Of a stretch of DNA of 64,000 nucleotides, positions 31,701-36,834 are shown in pieces. How positions within the stretch are numbered: position 1 is the first letter of the stretch; each line of letters starts with the position of its first letter. Under the pieces are notes generated by a model. That model had not been told where the DNA came from. It did not search any database and saw only the letters and a program-made list of their open reading frames with translations. The stretch spans positions 3,273 through 67,272 of the forward strand of contig VMFR01000006.1 in assembly GCA_007376135.1 (NCBI GenBank), read 5' to 3'. The translations under genes and the position numbers were made by a program. This stretch comes from Parcubacteria group bacterium Gr01-1014_31 (GTDB lineage: Bacteria; Patescibacteriota; Patescibacteriia; Buchananbacterales; GWA2-38-13).

Positions 31701-31706
31701 GGCCAA
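13737..31706 (-). CDS. Giant (~5990 aa) pilin-anchored multidomain surface/adhesin protein
   Basis: Uninterrupted 18-kb ORF. Order: signal peptide, TrbC/VirB2-like pilin, Ig-like and IPT/TIG domains, CG[ND]G...E.CD Cys repeats, two LamG-like domains, a pilin/GspG-like body, TSP3 repeats, discoidin/CBM-like regions, fibrinogen-C-like (VYCDMTTDGGGW) and a C-terminal beta-propeller. Start codon uncertain (no ATG). Confidence 0.9.
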   Translation of the reverse strand: MADTVSLIPDTSYLIPRYLKPSRSTKYLTLAAALTLAGGLAVAAPAFAQLGASVNEGLGFGTIVGWGTQDLRVTIMRIIQVLFGFLGVVAVLIIIYAGWLWMTAAGDPQKVDRAKRILVEAVIGLFLIFGAFAIVSFVIRSLVSATGPVAGGGGPGPGPGPGPGGTTLACRINTVSPDRDNRVKNSVVRVNFNQGPVQGADLQTNFLVQLEEPGATGSNGDVCLSDFACLSGECLGTCGGNSVPGTITTNGRRAEFKPLDDSFCPGTGAKCFRSDRKYKVTVQPPLQCGGQAVSCDPAVFCSDPAGVCGALGAACGTGGFCRSQCVWFFKTNDIVDLQAPSVNLLPGNICADVGQHLRASYSDPDSGVDLVAFDNLTNPAIVWPDYDTPAGSEAAGTADIAVDLTGYPLGSLRVRAEAFDFDDHKARSERTYQVRPGHCCNGVQDAAAGELGVDCGGSECGACSGVACDIDTATPACQPNDSVCAFGCSTTSCLCVEPPFIDYVSPANDVQTDNDGTPVDPDGDQYNDDQPFGAVGNLVTIIGRNFGAYVAGSSVVEFSNGGGWVVAGLAGSVNAACGNTWTDTEIIVVVPAGAVDGPIRVTTGDGQQDITNNAPRSTERAIPDFDVNPAAVLPGICRLDPTSGEFKDPVHIHGIRLLRTDADATNDRILFGGHLAAFGVPSVWNNTEVNSGVVPSLVPGLVRVWLEVDGSQPSNNLGFRVQPGADHPVILEFSGPNAAPHNAAIEDYLTIIGANFGGRQGSGTVKFCGDAGCTEAAKRNGNFTFPSQCGSDIWSDSRILVKVPTGAVTGPIEVVTDAGLRDTSADTNGPALDDLTVGGTAGPGICKLQPDNGPAGTARITIYGERFVKNPPADSQVVFTASAGTVIAPPSSVSLSGDPSNADQLTATVPGGAVTGDVRVQNPGPVNSNPLLFSVGDCRGQEACTGGQECCAVGPYSGSCAPAGSCGGVTMQSSYRWHFITGKVGPRVIQQCTRTLDCSVGGYSSPTPPPGSEVPVNALISASIDRLLDPSTVTLSTVKVELCGTGATFDPATCDATTNHASAVTPLVEWVYHGVRAHRINVTLTPFAPGQPLQEDHWYRVTLTKDIRSPSGEQLANTDPSTGNFVWVFRTRNNIAPGQVGCVGCSPEQAALYSRGDTQPLTGEAWSSENACMLLDLRTSTWLWATADAARVSIGGSTTERETATAQGQTSGTNVSVTIPAQTTEVGICRISVDLATPVVLRKWPDCQSACPNAQLGVEFSLPMENDAADANRLSNTNHTRLYVCGLDYICVPNPDNLVSLTGVTVSGGGTIATFSPVNAHNGGRLIPGVYYRVVLDSDTDAAGADTGLASTEGKGLGKLNFDADNNGTLDSYSWVFKVQENFSLCAVSKVDVSPPTVTAYPPQRVPYTAIPRKTPDACDPLGQRLDPFSIDWLWASSAAGVAAILGPAGGTNGCGNAVMETGEECDNGPDVATDNCDASCQINPDTDTGNTVRPGSVASWACGNGIVENDGDGIPENGEEQCDDGNLLSGDGCGVNCQLEGPRFGRSVCGDGIVGPGEACEVCGAGAGMAPIWYGSCASSDFANNRRPRGAAVGNCATNCTTTGIAGNAQAAPISVCGNRNIESGEECDTGEYGGDNTDGCTNSCLLTGTASTITSPHQLVEAIGVGTANITAADGTVVGRGTFIVPTDGTGGAGGPFRITSKQPEGSTEACLNEAIVVHFSAPPDIATVRAQVRLAENGGAYGITTPATQILVNGNAVTITPNGSRWAQNATYEVDLETNAAAIFDTSATPRPLVCRPGECRWTFRTGTQVCRATDVEVDPAFAQVRPSDSQVYNASLVGPLRSATVVGGAVTRIGAGVGTPTLGGVLGCSANVFICPASTDGVNYAISANSANDCAAATRVSLPGGFLPAARMDSAGTVVLGCGIWMSFSDAAVTRTGTFWMDIDPAQRAQLIPTVNYRWEWRQITSDPAIAGAPGAAGANNRQLTVTAVAQWTPFVGARQADIEAFYPPDGVSGLARFAVGNLCQLPYRSGTRYNIYPLQPGVDTTVIGHFDGVPRLDLGNGRTLEPSTQVGLTYNNGLTDGGTARLGQAVTFDADTDLLEYPAAGLFDPRQGTVSLWLRSRESLATSRTLLATTNDLFNIIFTSVGGFSTVRINYGGIQVAMNGAQFATVGDEWHLVVASWEIQGADVVVGMSLDGQPPVVARGAVAPIVVDGTTRLRVGNDFIMAATDARADIDELELGQGVMDAQEIEARYQAVAAQCISGASLAGAPQVDRCTPTGTADACTDAGVVNCSSPQISVTFDGPMDRESLLRRDGTGFYDNVLLCSDTDYTDGGGCMPDENLIQELAYNPISERLSVVRPTNLPTSDTADLRYHMVLKVGADRIVGVSGLPLNGGIGGDVHWDFSIARGARQCRCDAVRAWLMPKGVYGFQDQFACAGNTCQGDLDLAVTGNQHAYDAECYDRSAGQPAASVTYQWREAYDVNGAVNLSCSVVAGCTTATALDDSTLITTNTFVNGEARVAVVATGSGATQGRAEQLVDITNFVCANPWPDPWVFPWKDTSVFPIGAGATDNKAPYTNFELFYCRDLNRTPSANDDLPPVQAPPTVRASSLPKQFLFPLNYFQETPAVQIIQGTDMQVAGSNNFLTTLMARTGSAGDTQCMMGNTGAVVQLAYALNVPETGHYQVAFEVVNNDPDFEPASAISIAIDHDRDGAVDAPEQARILPSLELSSRQIVTFDLGQARSDVDAGRPLLVAFRYENDDATQNGNETIAVCRIGFGKANIKHDVIGVQVLANPWRVSPGTWYASGICSNASFRCSDNLSVVDCAGRTLGATCADGSGTCSEPEDIASLNGLCFGDADCVTGRCVYNVPNRGKSPQSTLVDGYSAIRDGRTVYVGATNLVTLTAGDNSACDSNGAVCSVGNNGPCAGGVCQAQKLFANIYLMSYNEGAGEQTLSIFDELSRNWKFNTDLVSVGACAAMSCSEAGGNCSALRCSDTGDVFAGCAAAGNPCDGDGDAGTAGVCIQPGVGDSCGTAGVCSNVACANDLDCPGQADNSCLNPQSKIRRDAIRFGQLQDLQLALRASARKRGGFPLWDAVRREFTGGTYVPGHSFSVWPSWGQTFAQQLGGVPPTDPINQFVGCIPPYDSKTCWDEQGLRFGCPLRAYVYGYSVDRTRNGQGYRLYTRLEFPKERGGWREGSESVSGMGDACFNFLALGEGDADRDGVRDDQDNCPNNANPYQCLGGAQPDGTLCPSGTNRECGNAGTCWQMDSDINPTNIARGKEPISSPFFSFTSDNVNSGHFFDNVSYWAPANVNQAGHTQNAYIGINLGRAMRFNQVRVFPNPGTPTTFFQRFEVQVSNDPFFSAGQFTVVATENNWPGTVAGRFIGVQERISNFTDHRGVNCPTSTNPPNDPICDPPGVMYNFPEQYAQYVRLYRTTGTDIPNVSPPTDRLSELEIWSTVDGFGDVCDPCPNSGENDLDHDGVCENGLDNPQYGYRPDNCPDVPNPDQRDADSDNTGDACDTNCAQDLDRDGQCDAVDNCPTVYNPSQTNSDGALAVPAAQQRRYCVAQVDIGGGVIATARPGEAGRDCTIAPNTCFDSAGVVRAELCQQQSPDVHAGQVWPNGREWGDACDLCTDPDSDGWGSGLPAESCRRDNCQLTGAQLSQGFNPGQEDYDNDGTGYRCDSCIDSDNDQLTDQLVGNSSFEDGLNGWQMFASAGADAHLRQATDYRRLSDFHPSNNHARAYRGVHSAEILIQNLAPGQYLALRSARNPQFLQTSPDYPVKYVMQARVRPSDPQMVGRLRFRPIRACTRFQVKAPLHGLEYRVSCQDPPDGPVLGDGLGFRLPLREPVWVQDLGDGWYSLRSNFEINRSLANDPIAFELALENAITSPVIFGNNASLNVDDFTVGFRRDNEGESCQRPGWPPLGWDPGQETYRPMDNCRVLNNPTRCVGGRFHGAICNSSADCVNPPRGNVKALTLFERSGEIKSYAFDTGIGGAELTTDIPSEQAAATGLGVNGNPAQDCDLWTSEGECYDLYWSNAAGTDDPAGLFLAIDAYRDPAATGPGHNVDAVRLDLVTNAVVYAQRISGAPVVEAGSTPNAEAALGSPNSITTALGNGTTKLVLDFGLAGSQPFFASCLEILRAGASSDGVAPDGNNWYQIDVNRDGTGVEQVYCDMTTDGGGWTMVARMDDSDAKRWTARYNHDPNPAAPDEGMDATWWFDGAPHNAGRGGTDDYKARAFDTIPVADVMVTIHPDAYSFPVAGAYTPGAAGQEIYAVWRNGVADGLKTFADLSLWKAAYCPQYDPEAAVKSGSRGGGSLVPSPFQCGNRPTLKASTDTSASGDFIAIVERFRSDSDGVALPLLYRDSQTGATIAASTRNNVHSILLRNWHDLPDSTNSAFVRGSITFSSAGVTIIGWAIDNGTPESEAALNALDREFSVTGGLLTVGESSTNRRYEIPPLSAGCWPAPGCGVWNFNDYARVTGATTAEFGMAANTGADDARLLFTYDPGVGPITATVQLEGSPDPALHGYLQDLVVCDREATGTAAGGARRFTVTINEMVDPVRGIVLGPRDSERAGDYCVKKADVPGIGNDLSDPTAEGDEAEISVVAMMSQGDVLNPGPQGLGNWYDGGAGGGAGSGTFNDFTSINAGTGFPLLNAANYGQLWFRERPVFTGAVPGVGAVPGATVGGGVGVCMQPDYDEDNVGDLCDRCTDRDNDRFGDAGFNVSSCPGSFFKSDNCPATYNPDQADYDQDANACRFDTLQPYVSVSSDVASCNDSLGFRLGGSCQFCGGDACDLDADGDACYNWEQLKRQPGHDVNARLYPGRTIAELPSPNYRVFREEGYARTLSHDEVSWRSFARDADVDGIADDCDAQACGNREVENVRQAAPLASLADVASVTVYEITSADTNATVFTFPATDARLIQQVSEADGQLAIGGDAAAQARCDAWTSSGECYDFYWSNMDGTLNPDGGYFTSVAWRNPAAATDGNNLDAVEIRFTAASGRSPIFASGWTAMYAGTCDAGPCTEARPDAALGPRDCPNPFPGGSHTCLTRIGDGRSSITLGFDTEDIVNQCFDPVRGVQTCEECDSNNFNVGSNCDKPYTTGSSATYRQIYPLQRVASDLFLAHFDGVLPGALDARRGDGSVVRPMAGATVSSLADGLTDGSQDAAGNPVKLGSSLVFNPGDALVYDMPAGANNVYGPGDRSVTMWVNVKDRVDELTLADISGAVIELGTAWQPNTWHHVAVTWRATDAGGGTFTFDNIRLFLDGLPRNISLPAGSVSPPPNLDISWWLWVLGLHTSQVWLDELEFRSEILTDAIISARVSAIRNQCLGPVSESLTLYMVDNFCASCNNLRCQIETLRTCMPIKVDVLTVPPTIVHTPYLWAAQSGANRITQMVAVDGVMKPGTADVYPIGTVVHEYRICDSGGNVYRCNDGGGNCNADFMSVGDTCSDGSGQCEKAYCVLDFPRMNSAGDTQLCGPAGCVTVTATANTNKTIPDNPATTNVYEGEGFPCFDGNTTVGDGCNTTCPAGTARDCGSEIGNPSRTAVNVEAGQAWIVDRGTEKVTMLDEGLGVVKICKGVKGNGANGKGVAIDSEGFAWVGEFDDPGRLFRLDNSNDECTPERSTEGRLWTYGLAVDQQDNIWISGRSQNVIRKIGGLLDPGNAGRAGLVCGTDISCNLVPRGGIYGIAVDLDGRAWVGSFDGGGGVDRVNADLSYDRFSNGATRGVGITTKGNMLLAQPGGPHVRELTTDGVLVKDHPLPAGNRAAYGASGDSMGCIWAISESGGSACRIVPPSTPTCGANPLGVPTQCFPLSNRNPGGGAPYMYSDFLGLNRTLVLRENAVAFPPGDADALSAFDTTVTSWSRRWGKILYDKVERGGSYINIYVYTSDDVNGFPPVDSDMWIPVDERNTTRDRDNFNARIGESPLITSNQFPAPGELVGRYLKFKIVTRSDRDGNASEITNLRITCLERVNGVDRYICQ

Positions 31707-31741
31707 TCCTTAATACTTGATACTCAATACTAAATACTCCA

Positions 31742-34700
31742 CTAATTCGTGCACGGGGTTGCCCGCGCGGTTCCGTTGCAGCAGTACTTGTTGACGCGGT
31801 CGGTGTTGCACGCGCCGCCGCCGGAGTTTGGCCCCTCGGACGGCAGGTAGCAGTTCTGGTACAGGTCCTTGATGCCCGAACCCATGTCCGCGCCGTAGCG
31901 GCTGTACTCGGCCAGCGGCGTGTGGTTGATCTGGACCTCGGTGAAATCCGGATACCCGTCGGACGTGGAATCGCGGCCGACGTTGGTTATCCACCACCCC
32001 GAGCAGCGGCCGCCGCTACCGCACGCATAATCCTTCAGCGTCACGTGCTGACGCGTCTGGCAAGAAAAACCGCTCGCTGCACCCGTGCGGTTCTTACAGT
32101 CGCCATCGACCTGGCAATAATTATCCTGGCCCGACTGGCTGCGACAGGTGAAAGAACCCCCGCCGCCGTTATCGCACACTTCACCGGTCTTGCAATCGTT
32201 GTCCACTGTGCACCCGCAACGCCCGTCGCGGTAGCGGTTGTCCGGCTTCAGGCTGGACGACGAGAGGAGCTTATCAAATTGCGCCGTTGGTAAGGTGGTA
32301 ATGGGCAGCCCGACGCCGGGGTCAGTGGCGGCAACGTCCATGTTCGGCGCAATTCCGTCTTCGTTCGGGGTGATTGGCCCGGCCGTGTCGATTTTGATGG
32401 CGGGCGGCTTCAGTTCCAGCCGGTTGCTGGCCCAGAACGTCCACTGCACGCCGTCGCCATTTGAAGCAATTGAATCATTCAACGAATGGTAGGGTGACGC
32501 TGGACCCGGCAAGGGACCCTGCGCGCCGTTCACCTTGTTGCCGTCCAGCGAATTTTGCGCGGCATCCATCGCGCCGTCGGGCGGCGTACGCGACGTTGGG
32601 AAATTTTGGAGAGCCGAATTTACGCAGATGCCTGCGGCGTTGCAATCCGGGAACGAAGAGTCGTAACAGTCGTTCGCGGTGGACGCATCACCTTCATTGC
32701 ACTGGTACAGTTGCGCCGCCTGCACGCGGATTTGGTAGCGGGTGACTCCGGCGATATTGCCGGCAACCGGTTGCACGGTCGGCAAACAGTAGATCTGGTC
32801 GCCGCAGGAGTTGCGAACGGCATTGCAGGTGGCACCTCCGCCTCCGCAGTCGGCATCTCGGACGCACGGCGAATCCGAGTTGCTGCATAAGCCGCACAGC
32901 GTCGCGGACTGGAATTCCACGGTCTGGTACTGGTTGGAAATGATGAACGTGCCGGCCACGAACTCGTAGGCGTCGAATGTACCGTTATTATTCAAGTCAG
33001 CCTGAATAGTTACGAACGGCGGGTCAGTTGAATCCACTAAGGAACCAACATTTTCGTAATCAGGTTGGCCGGCCCCAGATTCCGCGCCGTCGTTCACCGC
33101 CACGGGCACCAGCACCGGACCGCTGACGGTGAGCGGGAACATCGCTTCCGAATAATCAAACCTCGGCACGGCGTTGCGGGCGACGTCCAGCGCTTCCACA
33201 ATGCCGCCCGCGCCCAGGGTTTGCGTGAATCCGGGGTCGCGGCCGCCGCTGAATGGCGGAACAGATACGGCCGCCCAGCCGCCCGATGGCGTGATGCGAA
33301 TACGGTTGCCTGCGGCCCCGGCAACGGTGGCAGTCAACGTGACAGTATCGGTTCCACCGGAAGCCCCGGACACGTCCGGATTTTGCACTTCCGCGGTAAG
33401 TTTGGTGGCGATGTTATTGGCGATCTGCAATGGCGTGAGCGGCGTTGCCGGCGGGCCGACCACGATTTCTGTTGCGCTCCCGCCTGCATCCACGAACGTG
33501 TACGTCGGGCTCTGTCCTACGCGCAACGTGTCGGCTGGCCGCGTGGCAATGGCTCGGAAACGCCATTGGTTGCCATCCTGAATATCTCCCGCCGCTATTG
33601 CTGCGGGAATATCGCTGATATTCACTCCACCATCAACAAACCCGATAGCCACACTGCAGCCAAGGGTAATGCTGTTGCCGCCCACCACGCCGTTGGTCAG
33701 CCACCCGCCGAACGCGACATCGGGTGCGGTGCAATCCGCAGCTGATACGGATTTCGGGTGAACTTCAAAACGGTTCGCCCCGCCGTTATATCTCACGCAG
33801 ACCAGATTATCCTGTGCGCAGGTGTACGTGGTTGTGCGCAGTGATGCGTCAGGAGAGGCCGGCACGTCTTTACCAAGATACGACGTTTGCGCCACCTGGA
33901 GCGTATTTGGCCGGCTATTCACCTTTAGCGACCCCGTTGCCCGTACGGCCGCCTGGTCGGCATACGTATCTTTAGTATCGTCCGGCTGCGGGAACACGAC
34001 ATCCAACGTCGGCGGCGTCAGGTCCAGCCGCGTACCGACGGTGAAAGTCCAGGAATAACCACCCTCATCGGGGCCACCGCACCTCGTGAAAGCGTTATTA
34101 CCATCTGCTTTCTTGATTCCACATCCCAAAATCACTCTGTAGCGCACGTCGCGCACGCCATCGCCCAAGTATGGTAAGGAATCAAAGGTGAATGTCAGGT
34201 TATCGCCGCTTGCGGCATTAACGTCGGCTGATAATAGGGCGGGTAGCAACACGTTATTTTCATCATACGCTCGGATGAGGATTTGGCCGCTAATCTTGTC
34301 CACGCCGCCAATGGTTTGCAGCAGCGTTGAGCGGTCCATCAGCTCCTTGAACGTCACGAAAATCAACGTGTTCCTCGGCACATCCCGAGCCCCTGGCGCC
34401 GGGTACACGCTTTCAATGATACCCGCGCCCAGCGTGTCGCAGTTGGTACACGGCAGGGTCGGCGGTGGGCGTCTGGTTCTCCCCTGCGGCCCGGCAGCGT
34501 CGGACAACGCCCGGATGACAAAGCTGACAATGGCAAATGCCATGAAAATGACCAGCAGCCCGAGCGCCGCGTTGATGAGCGTACGCTTGGCTTCGTCTAT
34601 CTTTTGCGGGTCGCCGCCCGAGGTCATCCAGCGCCAGCCGGCATACAGGATGATGAGCACCGCGACCACTCCCAGGAACCCGAACAGCACCTGGATGATG

Positions 34701-34909
34701 CGCATGATGGTCACGCGCAAGTCCTGCGTGCCCCACCCGACGATAGTGCCGTAGCTCAACCCTTCGTTGACCGAGGCGCCGAGCTGCGCGGATGCGGGCG
34801 CAGCAACAAAAACGGCTACCATCAGGGTCAGAACGACCACGCCGATGGTAGCCGAAAATTTCGACCACGACGCAACAATCTTTTGTTTTTGGTGCCCGCT
34901 CGACTGCAT
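31742..34909 (-). CDS. Pilin-anchored Ig-like domain surface protein (1055 aa)
   Basis: Same pilin N-terminus as the giant gene; Ig-like (YPAPGARDVPRNT...F.E.M) and Cys-rich modules. Confidence 0.85.
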   Translation of the reverse strand: MQSSGHQKQKIVASWSKFSATIGVVVLTLMVAVFVAAPASAQLGASVNEGLSYGTIVGWGTQDLRVTIMRIIQVLFGFLGVVAVLIILYAGWRWMTSGGDPQKIDEAKRTLINAALGLLVIFMAFAIVSFVIRALSDAAGPQGRTRRPPPTLPCTNCDTLGAGIIESVYPAPGARDVPRNTLIFVTFKELMDRSTLLQTIGGVDKISGQILIRAYDENNVLLPALLSADVNAASGDNLTFTFDSLPYLGDGVRDVRYRVILGCGIKKADGNNAFTRCGGPDEGGYSWTFTVGTRLDLTPPTLDVVFPQPDDTKDTYADQAAVRATGSLKVNSRPNTLQVAQTSYLGKDVPASPDASLRTTTYTCAQDNLVCVRYNGGANRFEVHPKSVSAADCTAPDVAFGGWLTNGVVGGNSITLGCSVAIGFVDGGVNISDIPAAIAAGDIQDGNQWRFRAIATRPADTLRVGQSPTYTFVDAGGSATEIVVGPPATPLTPLQIANNIATKLTAEVQNPDVSGASGGTDTVTLTATVAGAAGNRIRITPSGGWAAVSVPPFSGGRDPGFTQTLGAGGIVEALDVARNAVPRFDYSEAMFPLTVSGPVLVPVAVNDGAESGAGQPDYENVGSLVDSTDPPFVTIQADLNNNGTFDAYEFVAGTFIISNQYQTVEFQSATLCGLCSNSDSPCVRDADCGGGGATCNAVRNSCGDQIYCLPTVQPVAGNIAGVTRYQIRVQAAQLYQCNEGDASTANDCYDSSFPDCNAAGICVNSALQNFPTSRTPPDGAMDAAQNSLDGNKVNGAQGPLPGPASPYHSLNDSIASNGDGVQWTFWASNRLELKPPAIKIDTAGPITPNEDGIAPNMDVAATDPGVGLPITTLPTAQFDKLLSSSSLKPDNRYRDGRCGCTVDNDCKTGEVCDNGGGGSFTCRSQSGQDNYCQVDGDCKNRTGAASGFSCQTRQHVTLKDYACGSGGRCSGWWITNVGRDSTSDGYPDFTEVQINHTPLAEYSRYGADMGSGIKDLYQNCYLPSEGPNSGGGACNTDRVNKYCCNGTARATPCTN

Positions 34910-34915
34910 GCTGTG

Positions 34916-35326
34916 TCACTCCCCCACCCTAACTCCTCTCCCTGAGGGAGAGGGTGGCCCCAGGCCGGGTGAGGGCTCTATTCTTTTTATTAGACAATCA
35001 ACTATTTTCTGATATACGGCTTCAACATTGTGATCAACCTCGTTATTCCACACGCGAATTACTTGATAGCCAAGCTCGTGGAGGTATCCATCGCGTACCG
35101 TGTCGCGGAATCGTGCGAACATTTCATTATGTCCTCCACCGTCAAGTTCGACCACCAGCCCGGCCTGAACGCAGCAGAAGTCCGCAACATACTTACCGAT
35201 AGGGTACTGACGCCGGAATTTATACCCGAGGAATTGCCGATTTCGTAGTAAACTCCAAATCCTGCGTTCTTGCGGTGTCGTACTCTTCCGTAACTGGCGT
35301 GCGATTTTCGTTAATCCTTTCTGCAT
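34916..35326 (-). CDS. DUF559 / Vsr-like endonuclease domain protein
   Basis: ARQLRK..T..E..W..LR, KFRRQYPIGKYVADF, VELDGG.H, RD.YL...GY.VIRVWN. Start set at MQKGL. Confidence 0.92.
   Translation of the reverse strand: MQKGLTKIARQLRKSTTPQERRIWSLLRNRQFLGYKFRRQYPIGKYVADFCCVQAGLVVELDGGGHNEMFARFRDTVRDGYLHELGYQVIRVWNNEVDHNVEAVYQKIVDCLIKRIEPSPGLGPPSPSGRGVRVGE
34933..34975 (-). repeat. REP-like palindrome (CCCTCACCC..CCCTCTCCCTCAGGGAGAGG), left flank of DUF559 gene
   Basis: Inverted copy of the repeat at 35335-35368. Confidence 0.8.
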
Positions 35327-35334
35327 GACCAGTG

Positions 35335-35368
35335 CCCTCACCCTACCCTCTCCCTCAGGGAGAGGGAG
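35335..35368 (+). repeat. REP-like palindrome CCCTCACCCTACCCTCTCCCTCAGGGAGAGGGAG, right flank of DUF559 gene
   Basis: Seen directly. Contains the yqeY stop codon. Confidence 0.8.
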
Positions 35369-35822
35369 TGCGTGCCGGAGATAGGACCTCCTTCACCAGC
35401 TTGCTCACGACAGTGCCATCCGCGCTGGAGCCCGCCTGCTTCATCACCGCACCCATCACCTTGCCGAAATCCTTGGTGCTGGTCGCGCCGAGCTTCGCGA
35501 CCGTTTCCTGCACGAGCTTTTTCAGCGCCGCAACGTCCGGACCAGCGGACAGGTAGGTTTTCAATACCTGCACTTCCGCAGCTTCTTTCTCCGCCAGGTC
35601 CTGCCGGTTGCCGCGCTGGTATTCCACAATTGCTTCCTCGCGGCGCTTCACCTCCGTACGCAGGACTTTTATCTCGTCGGCTTCCGCCAGCGGTTCCGGG
35701 CGCTTGGCGATGACCGCCTGCATCAGGGAAGATTTCACCATCCGCAGGGTACGTAAACTCACCTCATCACGCTGTTTCATGGCGCGATGGAGGTCGTGTT
35801 CGACGCGTTCGAGCAAGTTCAT
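35355..35822 (-). CDS. GatB/YqeY domain protein
   Basis: AMK..D...TLRM, VK.R.EAI..Y..G.R.DLA.KE..E..VL..YL and KDFGKVMG. Downstream of rpsU. Confidence 0.93.
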   Translation of the reverse strand: MNLLERVEHDLHRAMKQRDEVSLRTLRMVKSSLMQAVIAKRPEPLAEADEIKVLRTEVKRREEAIVEYQRGNRQDLAEKEAAEVQVLKTYLSAGPDVAALKKLVQETVAKLGATSTKDFGKVMGAVMKQAGSSADGTVVSKLVKEVLSPARTPSP

Positions 35823-35905
35823 CTCCGCGGAAGTAAGAAGTACGGAGCGGGAAGTATGGGGAAAGCGGCCGATTATACCCTGCTTCGTGCTTCCTGATTC
35901 ATGCT

Positions 35906-36139
35906 TCAGCGCCTGCGCGTATCCTCTTCCAGGCGCCCGATCTTCTTCAAGTACTCGCGCATCTTGCGGATTTCCATCCGGCGCAACGCGGAGTCGCGCT
36001 GCAAATTGCGGCTCTTATCCGGCTTATGGAAGCGGATTTTGCGGGTCTGGATCTGCTTGCCGCTCTGCTGCACCTTGCGGTTGAAGCGTCGGATTAAACT
36101 TTCGAAGGATTCGCCTTTCTTGCGTTTAATCTCAGCCAC
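35906..36139 (-). CDS. rpsU: 30S ribosomal protein S21
   Basis: GTG start after a GAGGTGA RBS; EIKRKKGESFESLIRRFNRKVQQSG. The track ORF extension upstream is spurious. Confidence 0.85.
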   Translation of the reverse strand: MAEIKRKKGESFESLIRRFNRKVQQSGKQIQTRKIRFHKPDKSRNLQRDSALRRMEIRKMREYLKKIGRLEEDTRRR

Positions 36140-36330
36140 GTTCGTCACCTCACTTTCCGTGTCCGGAAAAATTCCGAACAGCAATGACGCCCCTGCATTA
36201 ATGCTTAATTTCGCGCTGTTTTTGCCAGCGCATTTGGGGCGTGATGTTGATAACTCTAATATAAAATCCACGTAAAAGCAAATCCTGCAAGACCACAAAC
36301 GGCAATAATTGTCAACAACAAAAAGTTTAT

Positions 36331-36816
36331 CGTTCGAGCCCGGTCGAGAACCAGCTAAGTTGCTTCTCCACGCGCTCCGCTTGGTCGAAGGATAGTACTG
36401 TCCAAACACTGCCAAGAACTGCCTATCGTAAGGATATTACTGTTCGAGCCCGGTCGAGAACTTCTTTAAGGCGGGCTTCTCGACTCGTCCGCCTTCGGCG
36501 GCCTCGCTCGAAGGATACTTGATACTAGATACTTAATACTTCGTTTTGGCTTGACTAAGCAACAAAAATCGGCTAGTATCACCAGTTGTTCGTTGACAAC
36601 TGACAAATGTCATCCCGGCCCCGGAGCCGGGATCCAGAAACCAAGAAACAAAAATGGCAGGCCCCGCTGCGAGTCGCAGCGCGGTCAAAGCCACAAACCC
36701 ATCAAGGAAAAAGTTTCAAAATTAAGATGGCAAGCCCAGATTTCTCCCCCTTTCGAAGGGGGAGGTAGAGGGGGTTAGGGCCAATTCCTTAATTCTTGAT
36801 TCTTGCTTCTTGATTC
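36331..36816. repeat. Cluster of several REP-like palindromes and heptamer tracts in the divergent intergenic region
   Basis: GTTCGAGCCCGGTCGAGAAC twice (36332, 36442) with inverted partners; TGTCATCCCGG..CCGGGATCCAG (36608-36637); CTCCCCCTT..AAGGGGGAG (36744-36764); heptamer tracts at ~36515-36540 and ~36783-36816. Confidence 0.75.
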
Positions 36817-36834
36817 AATGGAACGGAGGTTCCC

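Noticed and set aside
36140-36415. Upstream extension of rpsU in the ORF track
   Set aside because: S21 similarity begins at GTG 36139 with a good RBS; the extension crosses the promoter/repeat region.
36331-36515. CRISPR array (20-bp direct repeat)
   Set aside because: Only two copies 110 bp apart with inverted partners, and no cas genes; fits a REP-like element.
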